A program made the translations under genes and the position numbers. Under the pieces are notes generated by a model that was not told where the DNA came from, made no database searches, and was given only the letters and a program-made list of their open reading frames with translations. DNA of 64,000 nucleotides from Planctomycetota bacterium. GTDB lineage: Bacteria > Planctomycetota > SZUA-567 > H5-PLA8. The DNA is taken from assembly GCA_038227875.1 (NCBI GenBank), contig JBBRPR010000003.1:96001-160000 (forward strand). The letters run 5' to 3'. Below are positions 9,833 through 18,367 of the stretch, piece by piece (positions within the stretch are counted from its first letter, which is position 1; each line of letters opens with the position of its first letter).

Positions 9833-10927
9833 CTAGCGCTCATTCAGATCGAAGTAGAGCTTTCCACTCCTGATTTCGAAATTCATATCGAACGAGCCAC
9901 AGATGAAATGAAGCCATCTATCGGCGATCATCGGCGGTCCGCTTAAATCCAGAGTTGTGCTGATTGTGAGTCGCTTCGCCTCAAGGCGCTCCGAGAAAAC
10001 GCACTCCAATCCGGTCAGATCTTGGATTCTTGTCTTTAGTCGTTGGAGATCGATGTCATCCAGCCCGCAATATACTTCCAATTGCATCCGTCGATCGACC
10101 GGCACCAGTAGTGGAGTCCAGCCGTCAGGCGTGTCGGGAATTTTCACGATGTGGACATCCAAGGATTCTGCCTGCTGCTTGATTTGACAGAGCCAAGTGC
10201 TGAGGACAGCGATGCGTCGCTCAAGTTCGATCTTCTTGCGTCCGTAGTAGCTTCCCCGGTCGAGCTCAAATTGTTTAAAGCGCTCCACCTCAAGTCGCAC
10301 CAATGCTGCTGCGCGCACGTCAAGCTGGTCGGAATAATTCAAGGCGCCATTCTTGATTCGAGGTCCGTTCCATTCAAATGCCACGCCCTCATCAATGCGA
10401 TCTTCAAGATGTTGCTGATCCGTCGCAGCGGCAAAGTAGGTTTGCAGAGATTTCACGGACGCGGCGTACAAATCCTTTTTTCGCTGCGCCACTTCCGCGG
10501 TAATTGCCGCGCCCAATCCCGCTTGCTCATTTTTTACGGCTCGGATTTGGCTTTCCAGTTGTTGCAACACGGGTGCCGCCTCGCGTGCCCTTGGCCCGCA
10601 GAGCAAACGCGCACCCATGTAACCACCCAGCGCCACAGTCAGTGCGAAAACCAGATAGTGGCTGATGCGCCGCCCCTCCGATCGAAAGGCAATGCGCACC
10701 ACCAGGCCGGCTCCAATTGCGCCCAGACACGCGCCGGACAGCAGCTCATTGTCCGCGCGATTCCACGCCGCCGCGAACCCGAGCGTATACGCGGCTATCC
10801 ACTCCAGCATTGTCGCCAGCGAAAAACGCGTCTGCTCGCGCAGTTTCCCGGCGATGCGACTTTTGAACCGAGCGCGGGGCGGAGTTGCAACGGCGGGAGG
10901 CGCAATTGGATCTTCAAGTACAGCCAT
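9833..10927 (-). CDS. Paralog 1 of the same family
   Basis: RFSLATMLEWIAAYTLGFAAAW and GWTPLLVP; same layout as paralogs 2 and 3. Confidence 0.8.
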   Translation of the reverse strand: MAVLEDPIAPPAVATPPRARFKSRIAGKLREQTRFSLATMLEWIAAYTLGFAAAWNRADNELLSGACLGAIGAGLVVRIAFRSEGRRISHYLVFALTVALGGYMGARLLCGPRAREAAPVLQQLESQIRAVKNEQAGLGAAITAEVAQRKKDLYAASVKSLQTYFAAATDQQHLEDRIDEGVAFEWNGPRIKNGALNYSDQLDVRAAALVRLEVERFKQFELDRGSYYGRKKIELERRIAVLSTWLCQIKQQAESLDVHIVKIPDTPDGWTPLLVPVDRRMQLEVYCGLDDIDLQRLKTRIQDLTGLECVFSERLEAKRLTISTTLDLSGPPMIADRWLHFICGSFDMNFEIRSGKLYFDLNER

Positions 10928-11018
10928 AGAATTCCTCCACGACGATTGGACGACGATGGCCACTGAGCATTACACGGAGATTGTCGATTTTTCTCACAAA
11001 ACCCTTGCCCTCTTCAAA

Positions 11019-11045
11019 TTCATAGTGTTAAGTAAACACTATGAA
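11019..11045. promoter_or_regulatory. Palindromic operator, NrtR-box-like
   Basis: TTCATAGTGTT-AAGTA-AACACTATGAA: perfect 11-bp arms with a GT-N7-AC core, 12 bp upstream of the TIGR02452 start. Confidence 0.65.
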
Positions 11046-11057
11046 GGAGAGATTACT

Positions 11058-11912
11058 ATGAAACAAACACAACGCGTCACTGCAGCCAAGAAGACGCTGG
11101 AGATTATCGAACGGGGCGGCTACGCGAATCCTGCGGGACAAGACGTCCCGCTGCGCGCCGCGATCGAGCGCTGCGTCGGTGGTTCGAAATTGTATCTGCC
11201 GGAAGAACTGGACGTCCTCCGCGACGCCGTACTGGCCCAGTCCAAGCCCTACGCCACGACGCGGTTTGAACTTCGCAACGAAACCACGCTGGAAGGCGCG
11301 CTGCGCGTGGTCCGCAGCGGCGAATTCTCGAACGTCGCCGCGCTGAACTTCGCCTCCGCGCGCAATCCCGGCGGCGGATTCCTCGGCGGCGCGCAAGCGC
11401 AGGAAGAGAGCATCGCGCGCAGTTCGGCGCTGTATGCGAGTCTGCGGGCGTGTTTCGCGTTCTATGAATACCACCGCGGCATGCAATCGCTGCTCTACAC
11501 CGACCGCATGATCTACACGCCGCAGTGCCCCGTCTTCCGCACCGACAACGGCGCGCTGCTGAACGAGCCCTACTGCTTGAGCATCATTACCAGCCCGGCG
11601 CCGAACGCGGGCGCGCTGCAGCGCAACCAGCCGCAGGACGTGGCGAAGATCCCCGGCGTCTTCCGCGAGCGCACGGCCAAACTCCTGGCGCTGGCCGTGG
11701 AGCAACACTGCGACGCGCTGCTTCTCGGTGCGTGGGGCTGCGGCGTATTCAAGAATTCGCCCGCTGTCGTGGCCTCAACGTTCCGCGAACTCCTGGCGCC
11801 TGGCGGGGCCTTTCACGGACGCTTCAGTTTCGTGCTCTTCTCGGTCTACGACACGACCGAGGGTCTGCCGATCTACACGGAATTCGCGAAGCAGCTCGAA
11901 GAGTTCTGCTAG
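11058..11912 (+). CDS. TIGR02452 family PARG-like macrodomain protein
   Basis: LNFASARNPGGGFLGGAQAQEESIARSS and LGAWGCGVFKN; AGGAG RBS before the ATG at 11058. Confidence 0.9.
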   Translation: MKQTQRVTAAKKTLEIIERGGYANPAGQDVPLRAAIERCVGGSKLYLPEELDVLRDAVLAQSKPYATTRFELRNETTLEGALRVVRSGEFSNVAALNFASARNPGGGFLGGAQAQEESIARSSALYASLRACFAFYEYHRGMQSLLYTDRMIYTPQCPVFRTDNGALLNEPYCLSIITSPAPNAGALQRNQPQDVAKIPGVFRERTAKLLALAVEQHCDALLLGAWGCGVFKNSPAVVASTFRELLAPGGAFHGRFSFVLFSVYDTTEGLPIYTEFAKQLEEFC

Positions 11913-12541
11913 CCAGAACTCTCCAGCGTGAATTCCGACCCGGTGTACACCCGCACCGGATTTCCGCGCTCCAGGCTCTGGTGCTGCGCCCAGCGCTGCC
12001 GCTCGACGTGTTGAGCGGCGGCGCCGCTCTTTTGCGCGAGGGCTTCGGCCAAACGCGCGAAGGCGAGTTTCCGATTCGCGTGTTGCGAACGTTCTTCGCG
12101 ACCAACCACGACCAGGCCCGTGGGGACGTGCCGGATGCGCACGGCGCTTTCCGTTTTGTTCACGTGCTGACCGCCCGGACCACCAGCGCAGAGAAATGAA
12201 ATCTCGATCTCTTTCATCGACCACGCCGGTTTTTCCGGGACGCTCAGCGCATTGACGCCGACGAACCAGTTTCGCCGCTTGTAGTTCGCCCGGAACGGAC
12301 TCTTGCCGATCCACAGCACCGTTCCGGTCCACGTGGCGAGAAAGGCGGCGAGTCCCCGGCCGTCGACGGCCGTCAGCACCGAGTCGAGCGTCCCTGACTC
12401 GCGTCCCGCGACCGAATGCAGCAGCGTCACGCCGATGCCCACGCGCTGGGCTTCGCCGCAGAAGCAGCGCAACACGCGGGGCACGACCCAGGCGCATTCC
12501 GATGGCCCCTGCCCTGCGGTAATTTGAAGCCAGCAGCTCAT
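11909..12541 (-). CDS. prfH: Peptide chain release factor H
   Basis: LQITAGQGPSEC, WIGKSPFRANYKRRNWFVG, GPGGQHVNKTESAVR and ERGNPVRVY; ATGA overlap with rtcB. Confidence 0.95.
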   Translation of the reverse strand: MSCWLQITAGQGPSECAWVVPRVLRCFCGEAQRVGIGVTLLHSVAGRESGTLDSVLTAVDGRGLAAFLATWTGTVLWIGKSPFRANYKRRNWFVGVNALSVPEKPAWSMKEIEISFLCAGGPGGQHVNKTESAVRIRHVPTGLVVVGREERSQHANRKLAFARLAEALAQKSGAAAQHVERQRWAQHQSLERGNPVRVYTGSEFTLESSG

Positions 12542-13668
12542 CGCGCCTCCCTTCGCACCTTATAGGTGATCAGCGGCCGCAGGCGCGCGATCACGCGCAC
12601 CAGACCGGCCTGGACCAGATCGTTGACGACCACATCGACATTTTTGTACGCCTGCGGCGCTTCTTCGTAGAGCAGATCGCGATCTTCGCAGATCACGCGG
12701 CCGCCGATTTCCGTGCGCACCAGCTCCGCTTCGTCAAAGCGCCCGCGCAGCCGCGCGCGACAGTCGGTGCGATTCCATTTCCGGCCCGCGCCGTGCGAGA
12801 GACTCCACGCATGCGCCGCCTGCTCGCTGACCTCACCCCGCGGCATCACGAGGTAAGAGAGCGTGCCGCGGCTGCCGGGAATCATCAGCGCGCCGCGCGT
12901 CGAGGGGTTGGCTCCCTTGCGGTGCACCCACGCTTCGCCGCTCGACTCCACACGCTCGATGTAATTGTGCGGCAGGTCGAGCACCGTCTGCGCCTCCGAA
13001 CCCAGCGCATCCAGGAAACGGCTGGCGATCAATGCGCGACTGGCCTGCGCCCACGTCACGGCGTAATCGTGAAGCGCCGTGTATTCGCGCGCGTCATCGC
13101 CGTCGGTAGGCAACGCAGCATAGCCGTGCTTGAGCATGTGCGAGCGCAGGACGTCATGCCCGAGGCCCCGCGAGCCGCTGTGGACGAGCACCACGAGGCG
13201 GTCCTCGTCGAGTCCCAGCGCGGCGAAGGCCGCCGCGTCATCTACGCGCTCCACCTGCTGCAGCTCGCCAAAGTGATTGCCGCCGCCGATCGTGCCGAGC
13301 GACTGATCCTGCGCGCTGGGACCGATCGCGAAGTTGCTGAGCCACTTTTCGCGATCGCCGTTCCACGGTTGATCGAGGTCCGTCAGTTTCTTCTCCCAGC
13401 GTTCCAGCTTCGCCTTGCGGGCCATTAAGTCCGACCGCCACAGCCCCATGCCGCAGCCGACATCGTTGCCGACCAGGTGCGGATAGATCACACCGCGCGA
13501 GACGAATGCCGCGCCGACCGGCCCGCATTTTCCGGGATGCAAATCCGGCAAGCCCACCGCCAGTTCCATTCCCGGCAGCCCGGCGGTCCCCTTGAGCTGC
13601 GAGACCGCGTTTCCTTCGATCCAATTTTCATCCGACGAAATCAGACGCACGTTTGCAGAGACGCTCAT
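12538..13668 (-). CDS. rtcB: RtcB-family RNA ligase, release factor H-coupled type
   Basis: Motifs PDLHPGK, GNDVGCGM, GGGNHF, HSGSRG, HRKGA, SHGAGRKW and LYEEAPQAYK; GAGGA SD before the ATG at 13668. Confidence 0.93.
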   Translation of the reverse strand: MSVSANVRLISSDENWIEGNAVSQLKGTAGLPGMELAVGLPDLHPGKCGPVGAAFVSRGVIYPHLVGNDVGCGMGLWRSDLMARKAKLERWEKKLTDLDQPWNGDREKWLSNFAIGPSAQDQSLGTIGGGNHFGELQQVERVDDAAAFAALGLDEDRLVVLVHSGSRGLGHDVLRSHMLKHGYAALPTDGDDAREYTALHDYAVTWAQASRALIASRFLDALGSEAQTVLDLPHNYIERVESSGEAWVHRKGANPSTRGALMIPGSRGTLSYLVMPRGEVSEQAAHAWSLSHGAGRKWNRTDCRARLRGRFDEAELVRTEIGGRVICEDRDLLYEEAPQAYKNVDVVVNDLVQAGLVRVIARLRPLITYKVRREAR

Positions 13669-13862
13669 AAAAATCCTCACGAATCCGCGCTGCGAAGCAC
13701 GGAGCATCACACGGTCCAGACGCAAAGCGCGGCTGGAAAAAGTGACAGCGCTGAACCGGTGCGCAGTTTGAGCGCGTAACGGCAGAGCTTCAGACGAGTG
13801 AGTTTGGGTTTGGCGGATCGTGAAGGATTCGAGCGTGGAACGCGGGGTGTTGCAGAACTATT

Positions 13863-13916
13863 TTACGCGAGCGCAGCGCCGGATTTCAGATCGCCGAGAT
13901 TCGTGAGGTGCGTCAT
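13863..13916 (-). CDS. Putative leader peptide MTHLTNLGDLKSGAALA (17 aa) of the rtcB-prfH operon
   Basis: AGGAG SD at 13928-13924, 7 nt before the ATG; TAA at 13865-13863; codons 3-7 are complementary to the rtcB SD region. Confidence 0.65.
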   Translation of the reverse strand: MTHLTNLGDLKSGAALA

Positions 13917-13999
13917 GGGAGTGCTCCTATTAGTGCAGTCGCGGCCGTTCTGCCGCGCCTATTGTGAGCATGAACAAACCCCATGAATCGCACGTTGTC

Positions 14000-14107
14000 A
14001 AGTCGTATGAAATATCGGCAGGGGTAATTATGTCCTGGAGCTTCTTGTTGCTGACGCAACCCGGCCCGAGGGGCCGGGCCACCCCTCGCGGGTTGTTCGG
14101 TCACGCT
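14000..14107. repeat. Second copy of the REPIN right arm
   Basis: Nearly identical to 5958-6051 (gtcctggagcttcttgttgct.acgcaacccggcccgaggggccgggccacccctcgcggg). Confidence 0.85.
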
Positions 14108-14156
14108 AGAGAAATTAGCGCGCCGCTACTTCGTCATTCGTTATTCGACATTCGCA

Positions 14157-14624
14157 CTACTTCTTCCCGTTCGCCTTCAGCAAATCCGCCAGCGCGGTTG
14201 CCAGTTCGGCATTTTTGCCCAACGTCCAGGACGGCGTGTTCAGGCGGACGACGCCCCATTCTCCGTCGCCGTAGACCCAGACCTGGCGGAGCATCTTCGG
14301 GCCTTTGAAGCAGCGCAGCGTCATCGCGATTTCGCCGGCGGAAGGTTCGACTTCCGAGATTTTCATCGCGTCGGTGATCTTCTTCAGATCGTCGGCGTCG
14401 GTGATGTTCGCTTTTTTCGGCAGGCTCTGGTCGGGCGCGGTTTTCTCGAGCACGATCTCGATGCGGTCGCACGATTTGATCGCGGGAAGATCGGAACCCT
14501 TCCCCTGCCCAAGCGCGGCCTTCTGCGTCTCCGCGTCTTTTTCGTGATCGTCGGCGCCATACGTGGCCGTGGCGGTCACGCAGAACAACACCAATAGGGG
14601 GAGCATTCGAAGCAGCGTGCGCAT
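14157..14624 (-). CDS. Hypothetical secreted protein
   Basis: 155 aa, N-terminal signal peptide, host-like codon usage. Confidence 0.7.
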   Translation of the reverse strand: MRTLLRMLPLLVLFCVTATATYGADDHEKDAETQKAALGQGKGSDLPAIKSCDRIEIVLEKTAPDQSLPKKANITDADDLKKITDAMKISEVEPSAGEIAMTLRCFKGPKMLRQVWVYGDGEWGVVRLNTPSWTLGKNAELATALADLLKANGKK

Positions 14625-14747
14625 GAGCGGGATCCTCTTTTCAGTCGAGACGGTGCCACGTTACGCCTGCGCCGCCTTCGCGTCAACGCGCGCGATTGCT
14701 CTGCGCGTTGAACTCCACCTGCGCTCCGCTACGATGATTTCCGCATC

Positions 14748-16028
14748 ATGAGCGCCGCCGATCCGTACTCCGCCCTTCGACTCCGCGATTTTCGCTGCTA
14801 TCTCGCCAGTTCCATGTTGGGCACGATTGGCTTTCAGGTCCAGATTCTCGCGGTGCGTTACGAAGTCTTCGGCCGCTCCAACGACGACTACATGTCGCTG
14901 GGTTGGATGGGCCTGCTGATGACCGCCCCCGCCCTGCTGCTCACGCTGCCGGCCGGACAGATTGCCGACTGGTTCGACCGCCGCCTGGTAATATGCATCG
15001 CGCTCTTTGTCGCCGCGTGCGGTGCGCTGGGTTTGTACTTCGTCTCCATCTACCACGGTCCCTTGTGGATGGTCTACGCCGCGGTGTTGTTGCGCGCGAC
15101 GGCCGGCACGTTCACACAACCGGCGCGCGGCGCGTTGCTGCCGCAGATCGTGCCCAACGATGAGCTGGCCAACGCGATCACGTGGAATTCCAGCAACATG
15201 CAAATGGCGCTAATGGTCGGCCCGGCGCTCGGCGGCTTCATCGCATCGAAGAGCATCTCCGCCGCGTACCTCACCGACGCCGCCTGCATGATTGTCTCGC
15301 TCTTCAGCATTCTTGCGATCCGCCACCGCCGCCCCGTGGCCAAGCGCGAACCGGCGACGCTTCACGCGGTGATGGCCGGCCTGCGTTACGTGACAAAAAC
15401 GAAAGTCATTCTCGCCACGCTGACGCTGGATCTGATGGCGACGATCTTCGGCGGCGCCACCGCGCTGCTGCCGGGTTTCGCCAAGAATATTCTTCACGTC
15501 GGCCCGACTGAACTGGGCTGGCTCAACGCCGCTCCGGCCGCCGGAGCGGTGGTGATGTCCGGATTGATCGCGCACTTCGGGCCGCTCAAGAACGCCGGCC
15601 GCGCGTTGATCATCGCCGTGATCGGCTTCGGCGCGGCAACGGCGCTGTTCGGCATCTCCGAATCGTTTTACCTTTCGCTCTTCCTGCTCTTCCTGACCGG
15701 CGCGTTCGACAACATCAGCGTGGTGGTGCGGCACACGCTGGTGATGGCGCTGGCGCCGGAGAACATGCGCGGCCGCATCTCCGCGGTCAACAGTTTGTTC
15801 ATCGGCGCGAGCAATCGCTTGAGCGATTTTGAATCGGGATTGACGGCGCGTCTCTGGGGCCCGGTGGCGTCCGTGGTTTTCGGCGGTGTGGGATCGATGA
15901 TCTGCGTTGTCGCCGCCGCGGTGAAGTGGCCGGAACTCCGTCAGATCGGTTCGCTGGAAGACTTGCGGCCCGGCATCAGTCCCGCTGAAGCCGAGGAGAA
16001 GGGCGTTGAAGAGAAGGCTCCAGCGTAA
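14748..16028 (+). CDS. MFS transporter (MFS_3/EntS-like)
   Basis: About 12 TM segments; AGQIADWFDRR and PENMRGRISAV. Confidence 0.9.
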   Translation: MSAADPYSALRLRDFRCYLASSMLGTIGFQVQILAVRYEVFGRSNDDYMSLGWMGLLMTAPALLLTLPAGQIADWFDRRLVICIALFVAACGALGLYFVSIYHGPLWMVYAAVLLRATAGTFTQPARGALLPQIVPNDELANAITWNSSNMQMALMVGPALGGFIASKSISAAYLTDAACMIVSLFSILAIRHRRPVAKREPATLHAVMAGLRYVTKTKVILATLTLDLMATIFGGATALLPGFAKNILHVGPTELGWLNAAPAAGAVVMSGLIAHFGPLKNAGRALIIAVIGFGAATALFGISESFYLSLFLLFLTGAFDNISVVVRHTLVMALAPENMRGRISAVNSLFIGASNRLSDFESGLTARLWGPVASVVFGGVGSMICVVAAAVKWPELRQIGSLEDLRPGISPAEAEEKGVEEKAPA

Positions 16029-16116
16029 TTCCGCTGAATGCGATTGCACGCGCGACAATCTTCCCATAAGAAATCAGAAATACGAAATCACGTGAAATCC
16101 TATAAAAGGCGTCTCC

Positions 16117-17709
16117 ATGGCTGCTCCTGCCCGCGTCACGTGCCCCACTTGCGGGCAGGCGATCATCAATCCAGCCAGCCATGCGGGGAAGGTCCGCTGC
16201 GTCGGTTGCGAAGAGGAATTTCCGCTCGCTGACGCAGCCGACACCGGTGCTTCGCCCGACGCGTCACCGCCGCTCCCGCCGTTGGGCAAAGAGCCGACTT
16301 CGGGAACGTACGGCTTGCTCCTGATGTTCGCGTACGTCCTGCTCGCGCTGCGCGTGATCCTGGGCATCCAGGAACTCTACATGCTGATTGCGCGTCCTGA
16401 CGCCGCGATCAACGCGGCCGCCGCCTCGTCTACGATATCGCTGGGGACGCAATCGCGGGTGCTGCCGACGATTCAGGCCGTGTTCTCGATTTCGCTTCAT
16501 CTCGTCTGGGCGTTGCTCTCCGTACTCACAGTGGCACGCGTGGAATTAATCGACCGGCTGAGCACCTGGCTGGCCTGGCGCAGCGGCGCGCGCACCGAAG
16601 CGGTCTCCGAACCGCCGGGAAGTTCCCTGCCGTTCATTCTCCCGTGGACGGTCTGCGGCGGCCTGCTGGTCGTCAGCGGAATCGTCGTCTTCGCCAACTA
16701 CCATTCCGTTGAGCCCGGCACCGTACCGCCCCTGTCGCTCACTTCACGGTACGGCAGCCTGGCGCTGCTGGGCAGCGGCGTGATGTTATTTCTGATGGGC
16801 CTGGCCTGCGGCGAACTGCGCCGCTTTTTCTGGCGCATGCAGCAAGTCGCCCGCTCACTGCCGAGGCGCACGCGCGGCGAGGAACTCGGCATCGAACCTG
16901 CGCTCGCGCCCAAAGTAAAGCGCGCCGCCACCGGTTCGCCGGCCTACGTGCTGCTGATGTTGCCGGTGCTGCTGCTGCTCTACGCCTTGACCATCGCCAC
17001 GATGACGGCGACCGGCGCAACATTCAGCGCGCTGATCCAGGATAACTGGGCCATCGCCTTGGCCGCGTTGATCGGCATTGTCGGCGGCGCGTTTTCGATT
17101 TTCAAACTCACTGGCCACTTCAGCGAAACGTTGAGCGCCTGGGAGGCGGCGGCCGAAACGGTGAAGACGATCAAACGCAAAAGCTACGGCGCGTCCTCCA
17201 CGCGGGTGCTCACGATTGTGAATTGGACCGTCGGTGCGCTGTTCACCGCGGCTCAGGTCACCATGTTTCTGACCATGCCGCTGAGCGTTCCCGGCGAAGC
17301 CAAGGTGCTACTTTTCTGCTCGGGCATCATGATCATGCTGTTTCTGGGCTGGTTGGCATCGCTGAAGATCGATTGCACGCGGATCGTGAAGGCCACGTCA
17401 GCGTTCGGCCGCGGCACGCAGTCCTCCAGCGGCCTGCTGACCGCGACGAGGGCGTTGAAGATTCTCTGTGTCGTCTGCCTGATCTGGACCGGCGTGATGC
17501 TGGTCCCGGCCTATCTGGAGATCGCCGCGCTGTCCGCGTCGCCGATGATGAAGGACTACTTTCTAATGATGGTACTGGCGGCCATTCAGAGCGTGCTCGG
17601 CGTTCTGGCGATCACGTTGCTTCCGGCCTATTGGTTTTCGCTGATCGCGCTGGACCTTGATCAGGCCTGTGCGAATCTCCAGCACATTCAAGAAAACTCA
17701 CCCGGGTGA
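16117..17709 (+). CDS. Polytopic membrane protein with N-terminal zinc ribbon
   Basis: CPTC..CVGC followed by about 10 hydrophobic segments. Confidence 0.7.
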   Translation: MAAPARVTCPTCGQAIINPASHAGKVRCVGCEEEFPLADAADTGASPDASPPLPPLGKEPTSGTYGLLLMFAYVLLALRVILGIQELYMLIARPDAAINAAAASSTISLGTQSRVLPTIQAVFSISLHLVWALLSVLTVARVELIDRLSTWLAWRSGARTEAVSEPPGSSLPFILPWTVCGGLLVVSGIVVFANYHSVEPGTVPPLSLTSRYGSLALLGSGVMLFLMGLACGELRRFFWRMQQVARSLPRRTRGEELGIEPALAPKVKRAATGSPAYVLLMLPVLLLLYALTIATMTATGATFSALIQDNWAIALAALIGIVGGAFSIFKLTGHFSETLSAWEAAAETVKTIKRKSYGASSTRVLTIVNWTVGALFTAAQVTMFLTMPLSVPGEAKVLLFCSGIMIMLFLGWLASLKIDCTRIVKATSAFGRGTQSSSGLLTATRALKILCVVCLIWTGVMLVPAYLEIAALSASPMMKDYFLMMVLAAIQSVLGVLAITLLPAYWFSLIALDLDQACANLQHIQENSPG

Positions 17710-17731
17710 AATCCGACGTGTATAAATAGCG

Positions 17732-17765
17732 CGCTCCGAAATCCAACTGTCCGGATTTCGGAGCG
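17732..17765. terminator. Hairpin between convergent genes
   Basis: cgctccgaaatcc-aactgtcc-ggatttcggagcg. Confidence 0.55.
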
Positions 17766-17783
17766 TGTTGACTTAAAATCGAG

Positions 17784-18164
17784 CTACTTCTTGCTCGTAT
17801 CAACGAACGGATTGTTGCTTCCGTTTCCTTGGTCGACGGGCGCTCCGGCCGGATCGTGGTGCGCCGGTTCAACGTGCTGGACGTTCTGGTCATGGTGCAC
17901 TGGCTCGTCGTGTCCGCCATTCTGATACGACGTGCCGCTGGTCACGGCCGGGCTCTTCACGGGAACCCGGTTCTGCGGCGGCGTTTCGACGCCCTGTTCC
18001 TGCGGCCGCGGCGCGTTCTTGGCATCGGGGTCGGGATTGGGATTGGTCGTCGTCACCGTCGCCTGCTTGGGCGTATCACTGGTCGGCGCGACATCCGCAG
18101 CCGAGGCATTGCTCAACACGAGAAAGACGGCGATGAACGTGGGAAGAATGAGTGTTCTAAGCAT
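17784..18164 (-). CDS. Hypothetical secreted low-complexity protein
   Basis: Signal peptide followed by Pro/Thr/Asn/His-rich sequence; GGAGG SD upstream. Confidence 0.7.
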   Translation of the reverse strand: MLRTLILPTFIAVFLVLSNASAADVAPTSDTPKQATVTTTNPNPDPDAKNAPRPQEQGVETPPQNRVPVKSPAVTSGTSYQNGGHDEPVHHDQNVQHVEPAHHDPAGAPVDQGNGSNNPFVDTSKK

Positions 18165-18367
18165 ATATTTTTGACCTCCATCACGGCAGCCGCGGTACTT
18201 CCGCTAGCTGCGCTGACGTGAGGTATTGCAAACGAATGCCCAGTTGAACATGTTTTTAGAAATGGCGCGGCGAGCTCCGTCCCGCCTATGGTACTGAGTG
18301 CGCTTTTCGCCGCGTGGACCCGTATGGCCAGTGTACTCACCACTATCGCTCAATAAGGACTCTCGCC

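Noticed and set aside
10665..11057. N-terminal extension of the TIGR02452 ORF
   Set aside because: It overlaps paralog 1 on the opposite strand; the RBS and operator point to the ATG at 11058.
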